32,000 nt of DNA from the NCBI RefSeq assembly GCF_000284115.1, contig NC_017080.1, positions 1,710,001-1,742,000 of the forward strand, written 5' to 3'. Positions 19,501 through 28,102 of the stretch are shown here, piece by piece. The notes beneath the pieces were generated by a model. That model was given only the letters and a program-made list of their open reading frames with translations. It was not told where the DNA came from and ran no database searches. Position numbers and translations under genes: made by a program. The stretch is from Phycisphaera mikurensis NBRC 102666 (GTDB taxonomy: Bacteria; Planctomycetota; Phycisphaerae; Phycisphaerales; Phycisphaeraceae). Position 1 is the stretch's first letter; each line of letters opens with the position of its first letter.

Positions 19501-19663
19501 CACGGTGCGGATGTACCTGTTGCACGCCGCCGACGAGGACCTCCGCTTCCCCGAGAACGCGATCCGCATCGAGCCGCCCGCGGCGGCTTCGGCGGGTGAC
19601 CCCGCGTCCGCTTACGAGGTGGGCTCGCCCGGGGTCCGCTTCGAGCTGATCTCGCCGGGTTGA
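16517..19663 (+). CDS. large AsmA-like/DUF748 domain protein
   Basis: N-terminal TM, VELDDLDLDPIAFTATLRGLRVYD..., LRLGGVEVKKGILKFDDRLTPG..., 1048 aa. Confidence 0.7.
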   Translation: MTDAAKEPEQRKKKRGFVRRWGKRLAILAVLAVPLYLVVGFYVLPWAVVSFGLPAASEFVDGRVELDDLDLDPIAFTATLRGLRVYDRDDAKVLEVKRFRGGVSRRSLWLDEALVLDAVEVDGPYANLVLREDGTLNLSDVFVVPEDDEPPSAEPVDLRWLPRIRLGGVEVKKGILKFDDRLTPGAKPRRLELDTLTIGPIDTGSKAATPIRADLRTGLGETAAAEGSLSLDPLKSSGTAEAAGLRLASYQPYFGLIVPLTLESGTASAGLSWTLDLTPDARVAEARVDRVTVENLGLTDPAARGPVPASLVGFERFTLSGLAADALAHRAELASVSLDAAALTVQRDADGTLPLVTAINEAVRRVNALAASREGEAPDATPAAAMPILPEPFAAAASGLQRLLADATDASVPWTARLGKAEITRARARWSDAVPPGGAVLGLFPVDASAGPVDTAADLTVPFKATLRVDDPSEQTLRATPDGGGAASAVEAVAEVPAESEAAQTIRRQIAAEQDAPAGADLGRGLITAEGALRLDDPEAEAAVVIRGLDLTGANPYLALYVPGLFIERSSIDLRLSPRVRPTRGPLPVAVEDALIRLGGSITARYGPEGVAPLTLPVSGLAFEYGPLNTKSPLPGRLSFNGIVAGGEVGAVGTVIPRPLRPRESDVDLQVGVSGLELAPLSPLIAPFLGRAIDSGNLFMAMPVEMSEGRFQATVPIAIERFKLGGKVDATGAQTGGGGGTLGVPIDLVVAVLKGPDDKLALPPIPLDFNLLDNSLKLGKAVSGAFVGVLRGIATQPLKILGGVASGGGAAMGQAVGGIKNAAGSVTGAAGGIGRGAGEAADAAAGAVSGVAGAAGDAAGGMLRGVGGLFGIGGGEADDATAEGDALSVAGGEAGEAAADAGVIAGVVFEPGAAGITSDARGALDELSETLNARGLGLTLHPRVDPDADGAALLAQRRRRASAAGGGGDTPGVPAATPAEATPAMLRNLALRRARTVRMYLLHAADEDLRFPENAIRIEPPAAASAGDPASAYEVGSPGVRFELISPG

Positions 19664-19715
19664 GCGCGCCCTCCGCCGGCCCGCGGCGCGGGGCGTCGGA
19701 GCCGGATCGGTCCGC

Positions 19716-21548
19716 TCACGCCCGCGCGGACAGCGCCTCCCAGCGGGCGTAGAGGTGCTCGACGTGGCGCTGGCCGATGCCCAGCTGCTCGCAGACGGCG
19801 GCGTGCTTCCGGTGGTCGGCCACGACGCCGGGCTCGGCGGCGAGAGCCTCCAGCGCGGCGACCTGCTCCTCGGCGTGGAGGATGGCATCTTCCATGTGAT
19901 CGAGCTCGTGCTTCTCTTTGAAGGTGAGCTTCGCCGGGCCGGGTTCGGACGCCCCGGCCGCGCCGGAATCCGCGGACCGCCGCTGTTTTCCGCCCCGTGG
20001 AACCGCGGTCCGCGGGCCGTCGGCTCGCTCGGTCGCGCGGAGGTACTGGTCGTGGGTGGCGAAGACGCGGGCTTCGCCTCCGGGGAGCAGGCCGATCACG
20101 GAGGTGGCGAGCCGCTGCAGCAGGAAGCGGTCGTGGGTGACGAGCACGACGGCGCCGGGGAAGCCGGCGAGCTGCTCCTCGAGGATCTCCAGCGAGGGGA
20201 TGTCCAGGTCGTTGGTGGGCTCGTCGAGGACGATCACGTCGGCGGGCTGGAGCATCAGCCGCGCGAGCAGGACCCGGGCCTGCTCGCCGCCGGAGAGGTC
20301 GCCGACGCTGACCTTCAGCTTCTCCTTGCTGAACAAGAAGCGCTCCGCCCACGCCGCGACGTGGACCGGCTGGCCGCGGAAGAGCACGGCATCCCCCGCC
20401 GGGCAGAGCGCCTCGCGGAGCGCGTGCGTGGGATCGAGCGCCTCGCGGGCCTGCGTGAAGTAGACGGTCCGCAGGTCCTGGGCCTCCTTGACGGTGCCGG
20501 TGTCGGGCTCGAGGCGGCCGGTCAGGACCGAGAGCAGCGTGGTCTTGCCCGAGCCGTTGGGGCCGAGCAGGCCGAGGCGGTCGCCCGGGGACACCACCAG
20601 GTCGAGGCCGGCGAAGAGCGTGCGGTCGCCGTAGCGCTTCGAGAGGTTGTGGCCGACGAGGAGGCGATTGGTCTTCCGCTGCGTCGCCTCGAAGCCGACC
20701 GCGGCGGACTGCCCGGCGGTCTGCCGAAGCCGGTCGATCGCCTGCAGCTGAGCCCGCCGCTGGGCACCGGCCTCGACCTGGGTCTTGTTCCGCGTCTGCC
20801 TGCCCTGAACGCCCTGCCGTGCCCACGCCGTGTCGGTCCGCACCTTGTTCGCAAGGCTGCTCCGCTGCTGCTCGAGGGTGGCGAAGTGCTGCTCGCGTCG
20901 CTCCAGAAACTTCTGGTAGCCGCCCTCGCTCTCCAGCGTGCCGCCGGCGTAGGCGGGCGACAGCTCGATGATCCGGTTCGCGGCGCCTTCGAGGAAGGCG
21001 CGGTCGTGGCTGACGAGAGCGACGGCGACCGTCGGCGGGAGGCCCCGGAGGAACTTCTCCAGCCACAGCACGCCCTGCAGGTCGAGGTGGTTGGTGGGCT
21101 CGTCCAGCAGCAGAACCTCGGGATCGGTCACCAGGGCGCGGGCGAGCGAGAGCCGCTTCCGCCAGCCGCCGGACATCCGATCCACCTCGTGCGTCACGCC
21201 GTCGAAGCCCAGCCGCGAAAGCTCGCGGGCGGCGCGGGCCTCCGCGTCGGGTCCGGTGCCGGCGGCCCCGCCGGCCCGGCGTGCGCTGGCCGCGACGACC
21301 TCCATCGCGGTGTCGTGGCCGAAGTGGTCGCTCTGGCCCAGGTACACGCACCGCAGCCCGCGTCGCCGGATCACCTCGCCCTCGTCGGGCGTCTCGAGCC
21401 CGGCGAGGATCTTCAGCAGCGTGCTCTTCCCGCTGCCGTTGGGCCCGATGACGCCGAGCCGCTCGCCCGCGGCGAGCGTCAGCCCGACGCCGGTGAAGAG
21501 GGTCCGGGAGCCGAAGGTCTTCTCGAGGTCCGAGGCGGTGAGGAGCAT
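19716..21548 (-). CDS. uup: ABC-F family ATPase, Uup-like
   Basis: Two NBDs: GPNGSGKSTLLKIL/LLDEPTNHLD and GPNGSGKTTLLSVL/VLDEPTNDLD; C-terminal coiled-coil domain. Confidence 0.88.
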   Translation of the reverse strand: MLLTASDLEKTFGSRTLFTGVGLTLAAGERLGVIGPNGSGKSTLLKILAGLETPDEGEVIRRRGLRCVYLGQSDHFGHDTAMEVVAASARRAGGAAGTGPDAEARAARELSRLGFDGVTHEVDRMSGGWRKRLSLARALVTDPEVLLLDEPTNHLDLQGVLWLEKFLRGLPPTVAVALVSHDRAFLEGAANRIIELSPAYAGGTLESEGGYQKFLERREQHFATLEQQRSSLANKVRTDTAWARQGVQGRQTRNKTQVEAGAQRRAQLQAIDRLRQTAGQSAAVGFEATQRKTNRLLVGHNLSKRYGDRTLFAGLDLVVSPGDRLGLLGPNGSGKTTLLSVLTGRLEPDTGTVKEAQDLRTVYFTQAREALDPTHALREALCPAGDAVLFRGQPVHVAAWAERFLFSKEKLKVSVGDLSGGEQARVLLARLMLQPADVIVLDEPTNDLDIPSLEILEEQLAGFPGAVVLVTHDRFLLQRLATSVIGLLPGGEARVFATHDQYLRATERADGPRTAVPRGGKQRRSADSGAAGASEPGPAKLTFKEKHELDHMEDAILHAEEQVAALEALAAEPGVVADHRKHAAVCEQLGIGQRHVEHLYARWEALSARA

Positions 21549-21645
21549 GGGGGCCAGCGGCGGTGCCGCTCACGAGACGGAGAAACGCGGCAGGTTAGGT
21601 TCGGGGCCGGCGGGAGGCTTGGGTCCTGGTCGCGGTGGGAGGGGG

Positions 21646-21669
21646 GAGACGAAGAGACGAAGAGGCGGA
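21646..21669 (+). repeat. short 8-bp-period purine-rich repeat, 3 units
   Basis: gagacgaa gagacgaa gaggcgga. Confidence 0.7.
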
Positions 21670-21731
21670 GGGCGGGCGGAGGCGGATCGTTGGGTCGGCG
21701 CGGCGTTGGTCCGCGGCTTTCCGGCTCCGCG

Positions 21732-22775
21732 TTACGCCGTCTTGTTGCTGCCCCGCAGCGCCGCCCGGTCCCGCTGGGTCCAATCGAGGATCCGCTCCAT
21801 CTCCCCCTCCGTCATCCACGGGAGGCTCCGCAGCTTCTCCGCCACGCTCGCGGGCAGGGGCTTGTCCGCCTTTTCCCAGCGGGGTCGGCTCTTCCAGCGG
21901 CGGTGCATCCAGAAATACTGCGCGGGGCGGCGGCGGATCATGTTCTCCAGCGCGCGGACGTAGCGGGCGCACACGTAGAAGATCGCGTCGTCGCGATCGG
22001 CCCAGTCCGCCGGCTGGATGACGTCCTGCACGTTGAGCTCGTACCGGAAGCCCGGCCCCACCCGCTGGGCGCAGCCGCAGACGATGGGCAGCTTCTTGCG
22101 GATCGCGAGGATGGCGATGGACTTGTAGGTCGAGCCCAGCCGGCCGAAGAAGGGCACGAAGATGCCCTTGTCCCCGGCGTTCTGATCGGCGAGGAAGGAG
22201 ACGGGCTCGCCGACGTCCAAGGCGGCGTTCATCTCCTCCACCGCCCCCCACTTCACGATGAGCTTGAGGCCGCGTCTGGCGCGGCTGTCGACCATCCAGC
22301 GGTTGAGCGCCGCGTTGTCGAGCGGGCGGGAGATCGCGTTGAGCGGGTAGCCCAGCATCGCCATCACGTGGCCGAGCAGCTCCCAGTTGCCCAGGTGCCC
22401 GGTGACCATGAGGCAGGGCTCGCGGCGGTTCATCAGCTCCAGCGCCGGGCCGAGGTTCGCGATGGAGACGTGGCGGTGCCACGAACCCGGTGTCACCAGC
22501 CGCGGCGTCTGCACGACCTCCAGCGCAAGCTGGACGAGGTGCTCGATGCTCGCCTCGTGGCAGCGTCGCACCTTCTCGTCCGACCAAGACGGGAAGCACT
22601 CGCGGATGTGCCGCTGGCCGCGGCCGCGGTGCTTGCGGTCGAGCCGGTCGACGACGCGGCCGATCCAAGCGGCGGTCCGCAGGTTCGCGTCGATCGGGAA
22701 GGCGTCCATGGACGCCGCGGCGGCGCGTGCGGCCCCGTACTCGCCCCAGGTCTGGATGAACGTCTTCTTCGCCAA
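21732..22775 (-). CDS. LpxL/HtrB-type lysophospholipid acyltransferase
   Basis: VTGHLGNWELLGHVMAMLGYPLNAISRPLDN, LADQNAGDKGIFVPFFGR, RRPAQYFWMHRRWKSRP. TTG start at 22775 is tentative; ATG available at 22709. Confidence 0.82.
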   Translation of the reverse strand: MAKKTFIQTWGEYGAARAAAASMDAFPIDANLRTAAWIGRVVDRLDRKHRGRGQRHIRECFPSWSDEKVRRCHEASIEHLVQLALEVVQTPRLVTPGSWHRHVSIANLGPALELMNRREPCLMVTGHLGNWELLGHVMAMLGYPLNAISRPLDNAALNRWMVDSRARRGLKLIVKWGAVEEMNAALDVGEPVSFLADQNAGDKGIFVPFFGRLGSTYKSIAILAIRKKLPIVCGCAQRVGPGFRYELNVQDVIQPADWADRDDAIFYVCARYVRALENMIRRRPAQYFWMHRRWKSRPRWEKADKPLPASVAEKLRSLPWMTEGEMERILDWTQRDRAALRGSNKTA

Positions 22776-23075
22776 GCTGTTTCCGCTCTGCTGCTGGGCC
22801 CGGCTGCAATGGGCTGCCCGGACCCGACGCCGCGGCTGCGCTCCGCGGACCGTCGGCTCCGGGTCTTCCCGCTGGTCACGATCCGCGGCTTTGCGGAAGC
22901 GGCGTTTCTGCAACCCCGGCCCGCCCCGCCCCGCCCCGCCTCCGCACGCGGACCCGCGTCCGTGGCGGCGTGGCGGCCGGCATCCGCCGCGGGCCGGCTT
23001 CGGCTCAGCCGCGGGGGCGCCACCGGGCCGAACGACCCGCACACCGGGGCGGAGGCCAGCCCGCCGCGGCCGGCG

Positions 23076-24386
23076 TCAGCGGGTGTAGTAGCCGATCAGG
23101 TCCAGGAAGCGGTTCTGGTTCAGCACCGGGATCGTGTAGCGCTCGGCCTGGGCCAGCAGGTCGGTCAGCGAGTTGTAGGTCTGGAGGGCCTGGTTGTACT
23201 CCTTGATCCGGACCGGGTTGGTCTTCTCGCTGCCGACCAGCTCGCGGGGCAGCTGCGGCGGCTCGCCGAGCACGAGGTAGTCGACGTCGAAGTCCAGGCC
23301 CTCCGCCACCTCCGCCCCGTACCGCTCGATCATGCTGCGGATCCGCTGCCGCTCGACCTCGGTGGCGTTGCCGTCCCCGTCGACGTCGAAGTCGCCGAAG
23401 GCGAAGAACTTGAGGTCGCGCTGCGGGTCGAAGGCGATGTTGACCAGCGGGTCGCCGACGGACACGCGGGCGTTGGGCTGGCGCTCGACGACCCGCACCG
23501 TGGCGGTGCCGGGAGCGAGCTCGAACACCTCGACCACGGCCTTGGGCGGCACGTCCTCGGCGCCGCCCTCCTCGACCTCGAGCTTCACGAGCGAGGAAGG
23601 GTTGTAGACGCCGAAGGTCATCCCCAGCTGGACGCGCTGGTTGCTCCCGATGTTGAGGTAGGCGGCGCTGCCGTTGTCGACGACCGACACCACGCGTCCG
23701 TCGGGCACGGCCACGCGTGCGATCCGCTCGGCCTGCCGCTGCGTCGCTTGATCGAGAGCGGCCACCGCGTCGTCGAGCTCGCGCTGGGCCGCGGACAGCT
23801 CGATCTGGAGCTGGTCGATGCGTCCCTGCAGGTCGTTGCGGGCCTCGCCCATCGTGCCGGTGAGCGACTGCCGCATGTCGGCGAGGTCGCTGCGGAGCTG
23901 CTCGTTCACCTCGGCGGCGCGGTCGACGTCGGCCTTGAGCCCGGCGGCCTGCTGGTCGTAGGTGGCCCGCAGCGAAGCGGTCTCGGCGGCGGCGGCCTCG
24001 GCCCGCTGGTTCGCCTGCTCGGCCCGGGATTCCTGCTCGGCGAAACGGGTCTTGAAGCCTTCGAGCTCGGTGCGGGCGGCGCGGAGGTCGTCGTTGGTGC
24101 GAGCGGCTTCCTGCTCGGCCGCCCGCAGCCGCTCGAGCAGCTCGCCCACCACGGAGGTGCGGTTCTGCTGGGCGGCGGTGCGGGCCTCGGCGATGGCGGG
24201 CAGCTGCGTCTCGCCGGGGCTGACGTAGGCGCCGAGGTCGTTCTGGGCCGCCGCCAGCTCCTCCTGCACCCCGCCGGCGCGGGCGTAGAGGACGATCGCC
24301 AGGATGCCGCAGACGCCGAAGCCGGCGGCGAGGGCGGTGATGGCCCAGGCGGCCGAAGAGTTGCCGCCGGTGCGGGCACGAGCCAT
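23076..24386 (-). CDS. N-terminally membrane-anchored coiled-coil protein with EF-hand-like loop
   Basis: TM AITALAAGFGVCGILAIVLYA, long Glu/Ala/Gln/Arg-rich coiled coil, then DVDGDGNATEVE. Confidence 0.7.
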   Translation of the reverse strand: MARARTGGNSSAAWAITALAAGFGVCGILAIVLYARAGGVQEELAAAQNDLGAYVSPGETQLPAIAEARTAAQQNRTSVVGELLERLRAAEQEAARTNDDLRAARTELEGFKTRFAEQESRAEQANQRAEAAAAETASLRATYDQQAAGLKADVDRAAEVNEQLRSDLADMRQSLTGTMGEARNDLQGRIDQLQIELSAAQRELDDAVAALDQATQRQAERIARVAVPDGRVVSVVDNGSAAYLNIGSNQRVQLGMTFGVYNPSSLVKLEVEEGGAEDVPPKAVVEVFELAPGTATVRVVERQPNARVSVGDPLVNIAFDPQRDLKFFAFGDFDVDGDGNATEVERQRIRSMIERYGAEVAEGLDFDVDYLVLGEPPQLPRELVGSEKTNPVRIKEYNQALQTYNSLTDLLAQAERYTIPVLNQNRFLDLIGYYTR

Positions 24387-24539
24387 GTGGAGGTTCCTGT
24401 CGGGGATCGATGCGGGAGGTGGGTCGGCTTCGGCCTTCCGGGTGTCGTCCGGAGTGTAAAGAAGGAGGCGCAGCGGTGCGGGCGCGGCTCCGGCCCGGCC
24501 CGGCGCCGCACCTCCAACCGCACCCGGGCCCGCACCGGA

Positions 24540-24554
24540 TGCAAATGATTATCG
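24540..24554. promoter_or_regulatory. candidate Fur-box-like operator in divergent promoter region
   Basis: tgcaaatgattatcg matches TGATAAT-N-ATTATCA at 11 of 14 specified positions, in a strongly GC-rich context. Confidence 0.35.
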
Positions 24555-24631
24555 TCTTCGGGGCCTCGGACTTACGGCCCGAGCCAGAGGCCGCGTCAGC
24601 GGAAAATCTCACGAGCGGAAGGCAGAGCACC

Positions 24632-26335
24632 ATGGCAGGATTCATCCGATTCGCGTGCGGGAACTGCGGATCGACGATGAAGGTTCCCGCGGCGTACGCC
24701 GGCAAGCGGGTGAAGTGCCCGGGTTGCCAGCAAGCGGCTCCGGTGCCAACGCCCCGCACCGCGGGCGCCGCGGCCTCGGAGCTGTCGGCGCTGGACCTCT
24801 CGCTGCTGGACGCCGACGACGGCGGGGGTGGCGCCGGCGCCGCGCCGCGCCGCATCCGCGACCTGTTGATCGGCTGCGGGGCTTGCGGCAAGAGCGTGAA
24901 GATCCCCGAGAACCGCTGCGGCACGGTGGTGCGGTGCCCCAAGTGCACGACGCCGCTGAAGGTCGATTGCCCGCCCCCCCCGCCGGGTTCCGGCAAGACG
25001 ATCGACTTCCGCCACCTCTCGCTGGATCCGGTGGACGAGCCCTCGCTGGCGGGTGCCGACGGGTCGCTGGCGGGGTCGATCGCTGGGCTCACCGCCGGGG
25101 CGACGGCAATGGGCGGGGCCTCGGGGGCATTCGGGTTGAAGCTCGACGACACCGGCGGCGGGAGTTCCGCGGGTTCGGCTTCGGGCGGATCCACGAGCGG
25201 CCGCGACCAGATGGCGGAGCTGCGGACTCTCAACGACTTGCGTGCCGAGGGCTCGATCAGCAAGGACGAATACAAGAAGCGGCGGGCGGAGGTGATGACC
25301 GGCGGATCGGCGACGGCCTCCGCCGCACGGGCGGCCACCAGCCGCGCGGTGGGGGGCGTGCGGACCGAGTCGCTGCAGGTGAAGAAGGGCTTCAGCCTGC
25401 CGTGGCCGGTGAAGGCCGCGGCGGTGCTCGCGGTCGTGGGCGGCGTCTTCTACGGCGTCTGGATCCTCGGGATCGCCCCGCTGCTCGAGGAGCCGCGGGT
25501 CGTGGAGGAAGCCGACGAAAGGCCCGCGGTGGTGGCGGCGACGCCGGCCGTGGAGGACGACACGCCCGAGGCGGTCGAGCCCGAGCCCGAGCTTGCGGCC
25601 GAGCCGGAGGGCCCGCCGGAGATCCTGATGGTGACGCCGGGGGTTCCGGTGCAGCCTTGGGCGCCGGCCGGGGCGGAGCCCACGACGCGGCTCGCGGCGG
25701 CGTTCGAGCAGGTGGAGCCGGCCGGGGACGACCCGGCGGGGCCGGCGGGGCAGATCGCGCAGCGGATCGCGGAGTCGCAGCAAGCGGCGGCGGCGGCACA
25801 GAACCCGGCCCCGATCCCGGACCCGTCCCAGCCGACCCCCGAACCGGGCTCGACCCCCGGGCCCGCGGTGCCGGGCGAGGCGGGCGGCGTGGCCTTCTGG
25901 CCGGTGATGTACCCCGAGGTCCGAAGCCGGAACCCGCTGGCGACCCGCAGCGCCAAGACGCTGCGCATGACCGACCAGCGCGGCCAGGCGGACATCGGGG
26001 TGATCGTCGGCCCGGCGATCCCCGAAGGCGTCGAGGGCGAAGCCTTCCGTGGGTTCCAGTGGAGCCTCCAGCGCGAGCTGGTGGACGGGCTGAACCGCGA
26101 GGGCGTCTACGCGGACAGCATCATCTCGCCCGGGGAGCGCATGCAGCGGTACGGCGACCGCTGGGAGGCTCTGGTGACCAGCGTCCGCCGACGGTCGGTG
26201 GCGGCCCGCGGCAAGGTCATCTCCATCGGCATCGGGGAGCAGGGCGGGCGGGCGGTGGCCTATTGGTTCGCCGGCGACAGCGCGCTGCTCAACGACTACG
26301 AGCGTGAAGCTGTGGGCTCCGCCGTGCTTCAGTGA
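24632..26335 (+). CDS. zinc-ribbon (two MJ0042-like), SHOCT-like and transmembrane protein
   Basis: IRFACGNCGSTMKVPAAYAGKRVKCPGCQ, IGCGACGKSVKIPENRCGTVVRCPKC, MAELRTLNDLRAEGSISKDEYKKRRAEVM, TM VKAAAVLAVVGGVFYGVWIL. Confidence 0.75.
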   Translation: MAGFIRFACGNCGSTMKVPAAYAGKRVKCPGCQQAAPVPTPRTAGAAASELSALDLSLLDADDGGGGAGAAPRRIRDLLIGCGACGKSVKIPENRCGTVVRCPKCTTPLKVDCPPPPPGSGKTIDFRHLSLDPVDEPSLAGADGSLAGSIAGLTAGATAMGGASGAFGLKLDDTGGGSSAGSASGGSTSGRDQMAELRTLNDLRAEGSISKDEYKKRRAEVMTGGSATASAARAATSRAVGGVRTESLQVKKGFSLPWPVKAAAVLAVVGGVFYGVWILGIAPLLEEPRVVEEADERPAVVAATPAVEDDTPEAVEPEPELAAEPEGPPEILMVTPGVPVQPWAPAGAEPTTRLAAAFEQVEPAGDDPAGPAGQIAQRIAESQQAAAAAQNPAPIPDPSQPTPEPGSTPGPAVPGEAGGVAFWPVMYPEVRSRNPLATRSAKTLRMTDQRGQADIGVIVGPAIPEGVEGEAFRGFQWSLQRELVDGLNREGVYADSIISPGERMQRYGDRWEALVTSVRRRSVAARGKVISIGIGEQGGRAVAYWFAGDSALLNDYEREAVGSAVLQ

Positions 26336-26427
26336 GAAGGCCCGCGTAGATTTCGAGCCGCCCGTAGACTCGCCGCATCGCCGCGCTCGCCCCGCCCCCG
26401 CCCCGCCACGCCGCCGGAACGCTCGCG

Positions 26428-27441
26428 TTGCGGGTGTTGCCGGAGGCTCCACCGTCCGCCGACGCCGGGCCGGCGCTGCGGGACAGCAGCGGGCGGGGCG
26501 TGCATTACCTGCGCATCTCCGTCACGGGCAACTGCTCGATGCGGTGCGGCTACTGCCGGCCCGGCGTCGACGCCAACCAACCCGAGCCCGGACGCTTGAA
26601 CGCGGGGGAGATCCGCTTCCTGGTCGACCACCTGCACCGCCGCGGCGGCCTGCGGAAGGTCCGGCTGACCGGCGGCGAGCCGACGACCCGGCGCGACCTG
26701 CCGGAGCTGGTGCGGGCGGTGCGGGACGCGGGCGTGGAAGAGGTGGCGATCACGACCAACGGGCTGACGCTGGAGCGAGACGCGGCGCGGCTCGCCGCCG
26801 CGGGGCTCTTCCGCTTGAACGTCAGCCTCGACACGCTCGACGCCGGGCGCTTCGCGACGCTGACGGGCGTGGACGGGCTGGCGCGGGTGCTCCGCGGGAT
26901 CGAGGCGGCGCGGGCGGAACTGCCCGGGCCGGTGAAGCTCAACGCGGTCGTCATCGCCGGCCACAACGACGGCGACGACCTGCTGGGCCTCGCCCGCTAC
27001 GCGGCGGAGCGGGGGCTGGCCCTCCGCTTCATCGAGCTGATGCCGATGGGCCCGCTCGCCGGGGCTTGGGCCGGCCGCTACGTGCCGGCCGCGGCGATGA
27101 AGGCGACGCTGCGGGCGGCGGGCGTCGGGCTCGAAGCGCTGCCCGAGACCGCCGACGCCGCGCGCCGCTTCCGGGCGGAGCTGCCCGGCGGCGGCGTCGC
27201 CGACCTGGGCTTCATCACGCCGATGAGCTGCAACTTCTGCTCGGCGTGCGACCGGCTGCGGGTGTCGGCCGACGGCGACCTGCACCCGTGCCTGATGGAC
27301 GCCCCGCGCGGCAACGCGGCCGAGGCCCTCCGCCGCCGGGACGCGGACGGCCTGGACCGGCTGCTGGAAGCCGCCTTCGCGATAAAGGCCGCCGAGCACC
27401 CCGAGGCGGGGCCCGCCGTCATGACCCGGATGGGCGGCTGA
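26428..27441 (+). CDS. moaA: GTP 3',8-cyclase (radical SAM)
   Basis: DSSGRGVHYLRISVTGNCSMRCGYCRP, RLTGGEPTTR, second cluster CNFCSACDRLRVSADGDLHPCL, terminal GG. TTG start. Confidence 0.93.
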   Translation: MRVLPEAPPSADAGPALRDSSGRGVHYLRISVTGNCSMRCGYCRPGVDANQPEPGRLNAGEIRFLVDHLHRRGGLRKVRLTGGEPTTRRDLPELVRAVRDAGVEEVAITTNGLTLERDAARLAAAGLFRLNVSLDTLDAGRFATLTGVDGLARVLRGIEAARAELPGPVKLNAVVIAGHNDGDDLLGLARYAAERGLALRFIELMPMGPLAGAWAGRYVPAAAMKATLRAAGVGLEALPETADAARRFRAELPGGGVADLGFITPMSCNFCSACDRLRVSADGDLHPCLMDAPRGNAAEALRRRDADGLDRLLEAAFAIKAAEHPEAGPAVMTRMGG

Positions 27442-27713
27442 TGGCGTCCGCGGCGCCGAGCGAAGCGAAGATCCGCGTCCGGCTCTTCGGCGTGCAGGCC
27501 GAGCGTGCCGGCCGCGGTTCCGTGTGCGTCCGCGTGTCGCCCGGCGCCACCACCCTCGGCGACCTCCGCGGGCTCATCGCCGCCGCCGAGCCGTCGCTCG
27601 CCGCGTCGCTGCCGGCGAGCCGCTTCGCGGTGGACCACGCCTACGCGGCGGAAGACCGCACGCTCGCCGGCGACGAAGAGGTGGCGCTCATCGGGCTCGT
27701 GGGCGGCGGCTGA
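27441..27713 (+). CDS. moaD: molybdopterin synthase sulfur carrier subunit
   Basis: TGATG overlap with moaA; VRLFGVQAERAG...VDHAYAAEDRTLAGDEEVALIGLVGGG*. Confidence 0.85.
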   Translation: MASAAPSEAKIRVRLFGVQAERAGRGSVCVRVSPGATTLGDLRGLIAAAEPSLAASLPASRFAVDHAYAAEDRTLAGDEEVALIGLVGGG

Positions 27714-28102
27714 TGGAGGCCGTCGCCGTGCATCTGGTGGAGGGGCCGCTGGCGGCCGCCGCGGACGGCGGCCGCGGCGCGGGCCGGAGCGGGGCGGTGG
27801 TGCTCTTCGAGGGCGTGGTCCGCGGATCCGAGGGCGGGCGGCCGCTGCGGTGCCTGCGCTACGAGGCGTACGAGCCGATGACCACGGCCGAGCTGCAGCG
27901 GCTGGGCGGGGCGGTGGTCGGCGAGTTCGGGCTGCAGGCGCTCGGGGTGTGGCACAGCGTCGGGGAGGTCGGCGTCGGCGAGGTGTCGTTCCGGCTGCGC
28001 GTCCGGTCGGCGCACCGGGCGGAGGCGCTGGCCGCGGCGTCGGCCTTCATCGACCGGATGAAGGCCGACGTGCCCCTGTGGAAGGTCCCGGCGTTCGGGT
28101 GA
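27713..28102 (+). CDS. moaE: molybdopterin synthase catalytic subunit
   Basis: TGATG overlap with moaD; LFEGVVRGSEGG, YEAYEPMTTAEL, HSVGEVGVGEVS, FIDRMKADVPLWK. Confidence 0.9.
   Translation: MEAVAVHLVEGPLAAAADGGRGAGRSGAVVLFEGVVRGSEGGRPLRCLRYEAYEPMTTAELQRLGGAVVGEFGLQALGVWHSVGEVGVGEVSFRLRVRSAHRAEALAAASAFIDRMKADVPLWKVPAFG

Noticed and set aside
19666-19715. Possible terminator between the DUF748 gene and the ABC-F gene
   Set aside because: GC-rich spacer without a convincing perfect stem or T-run that I could define.
19755-24548. 1597-aa ORF on the plus strand
   Set aside because: Lies antisense to ABC-F, acyltransferase and coiled-coil genes, all of which carry recognisable motifs; it is a GC-driven mirror frame.
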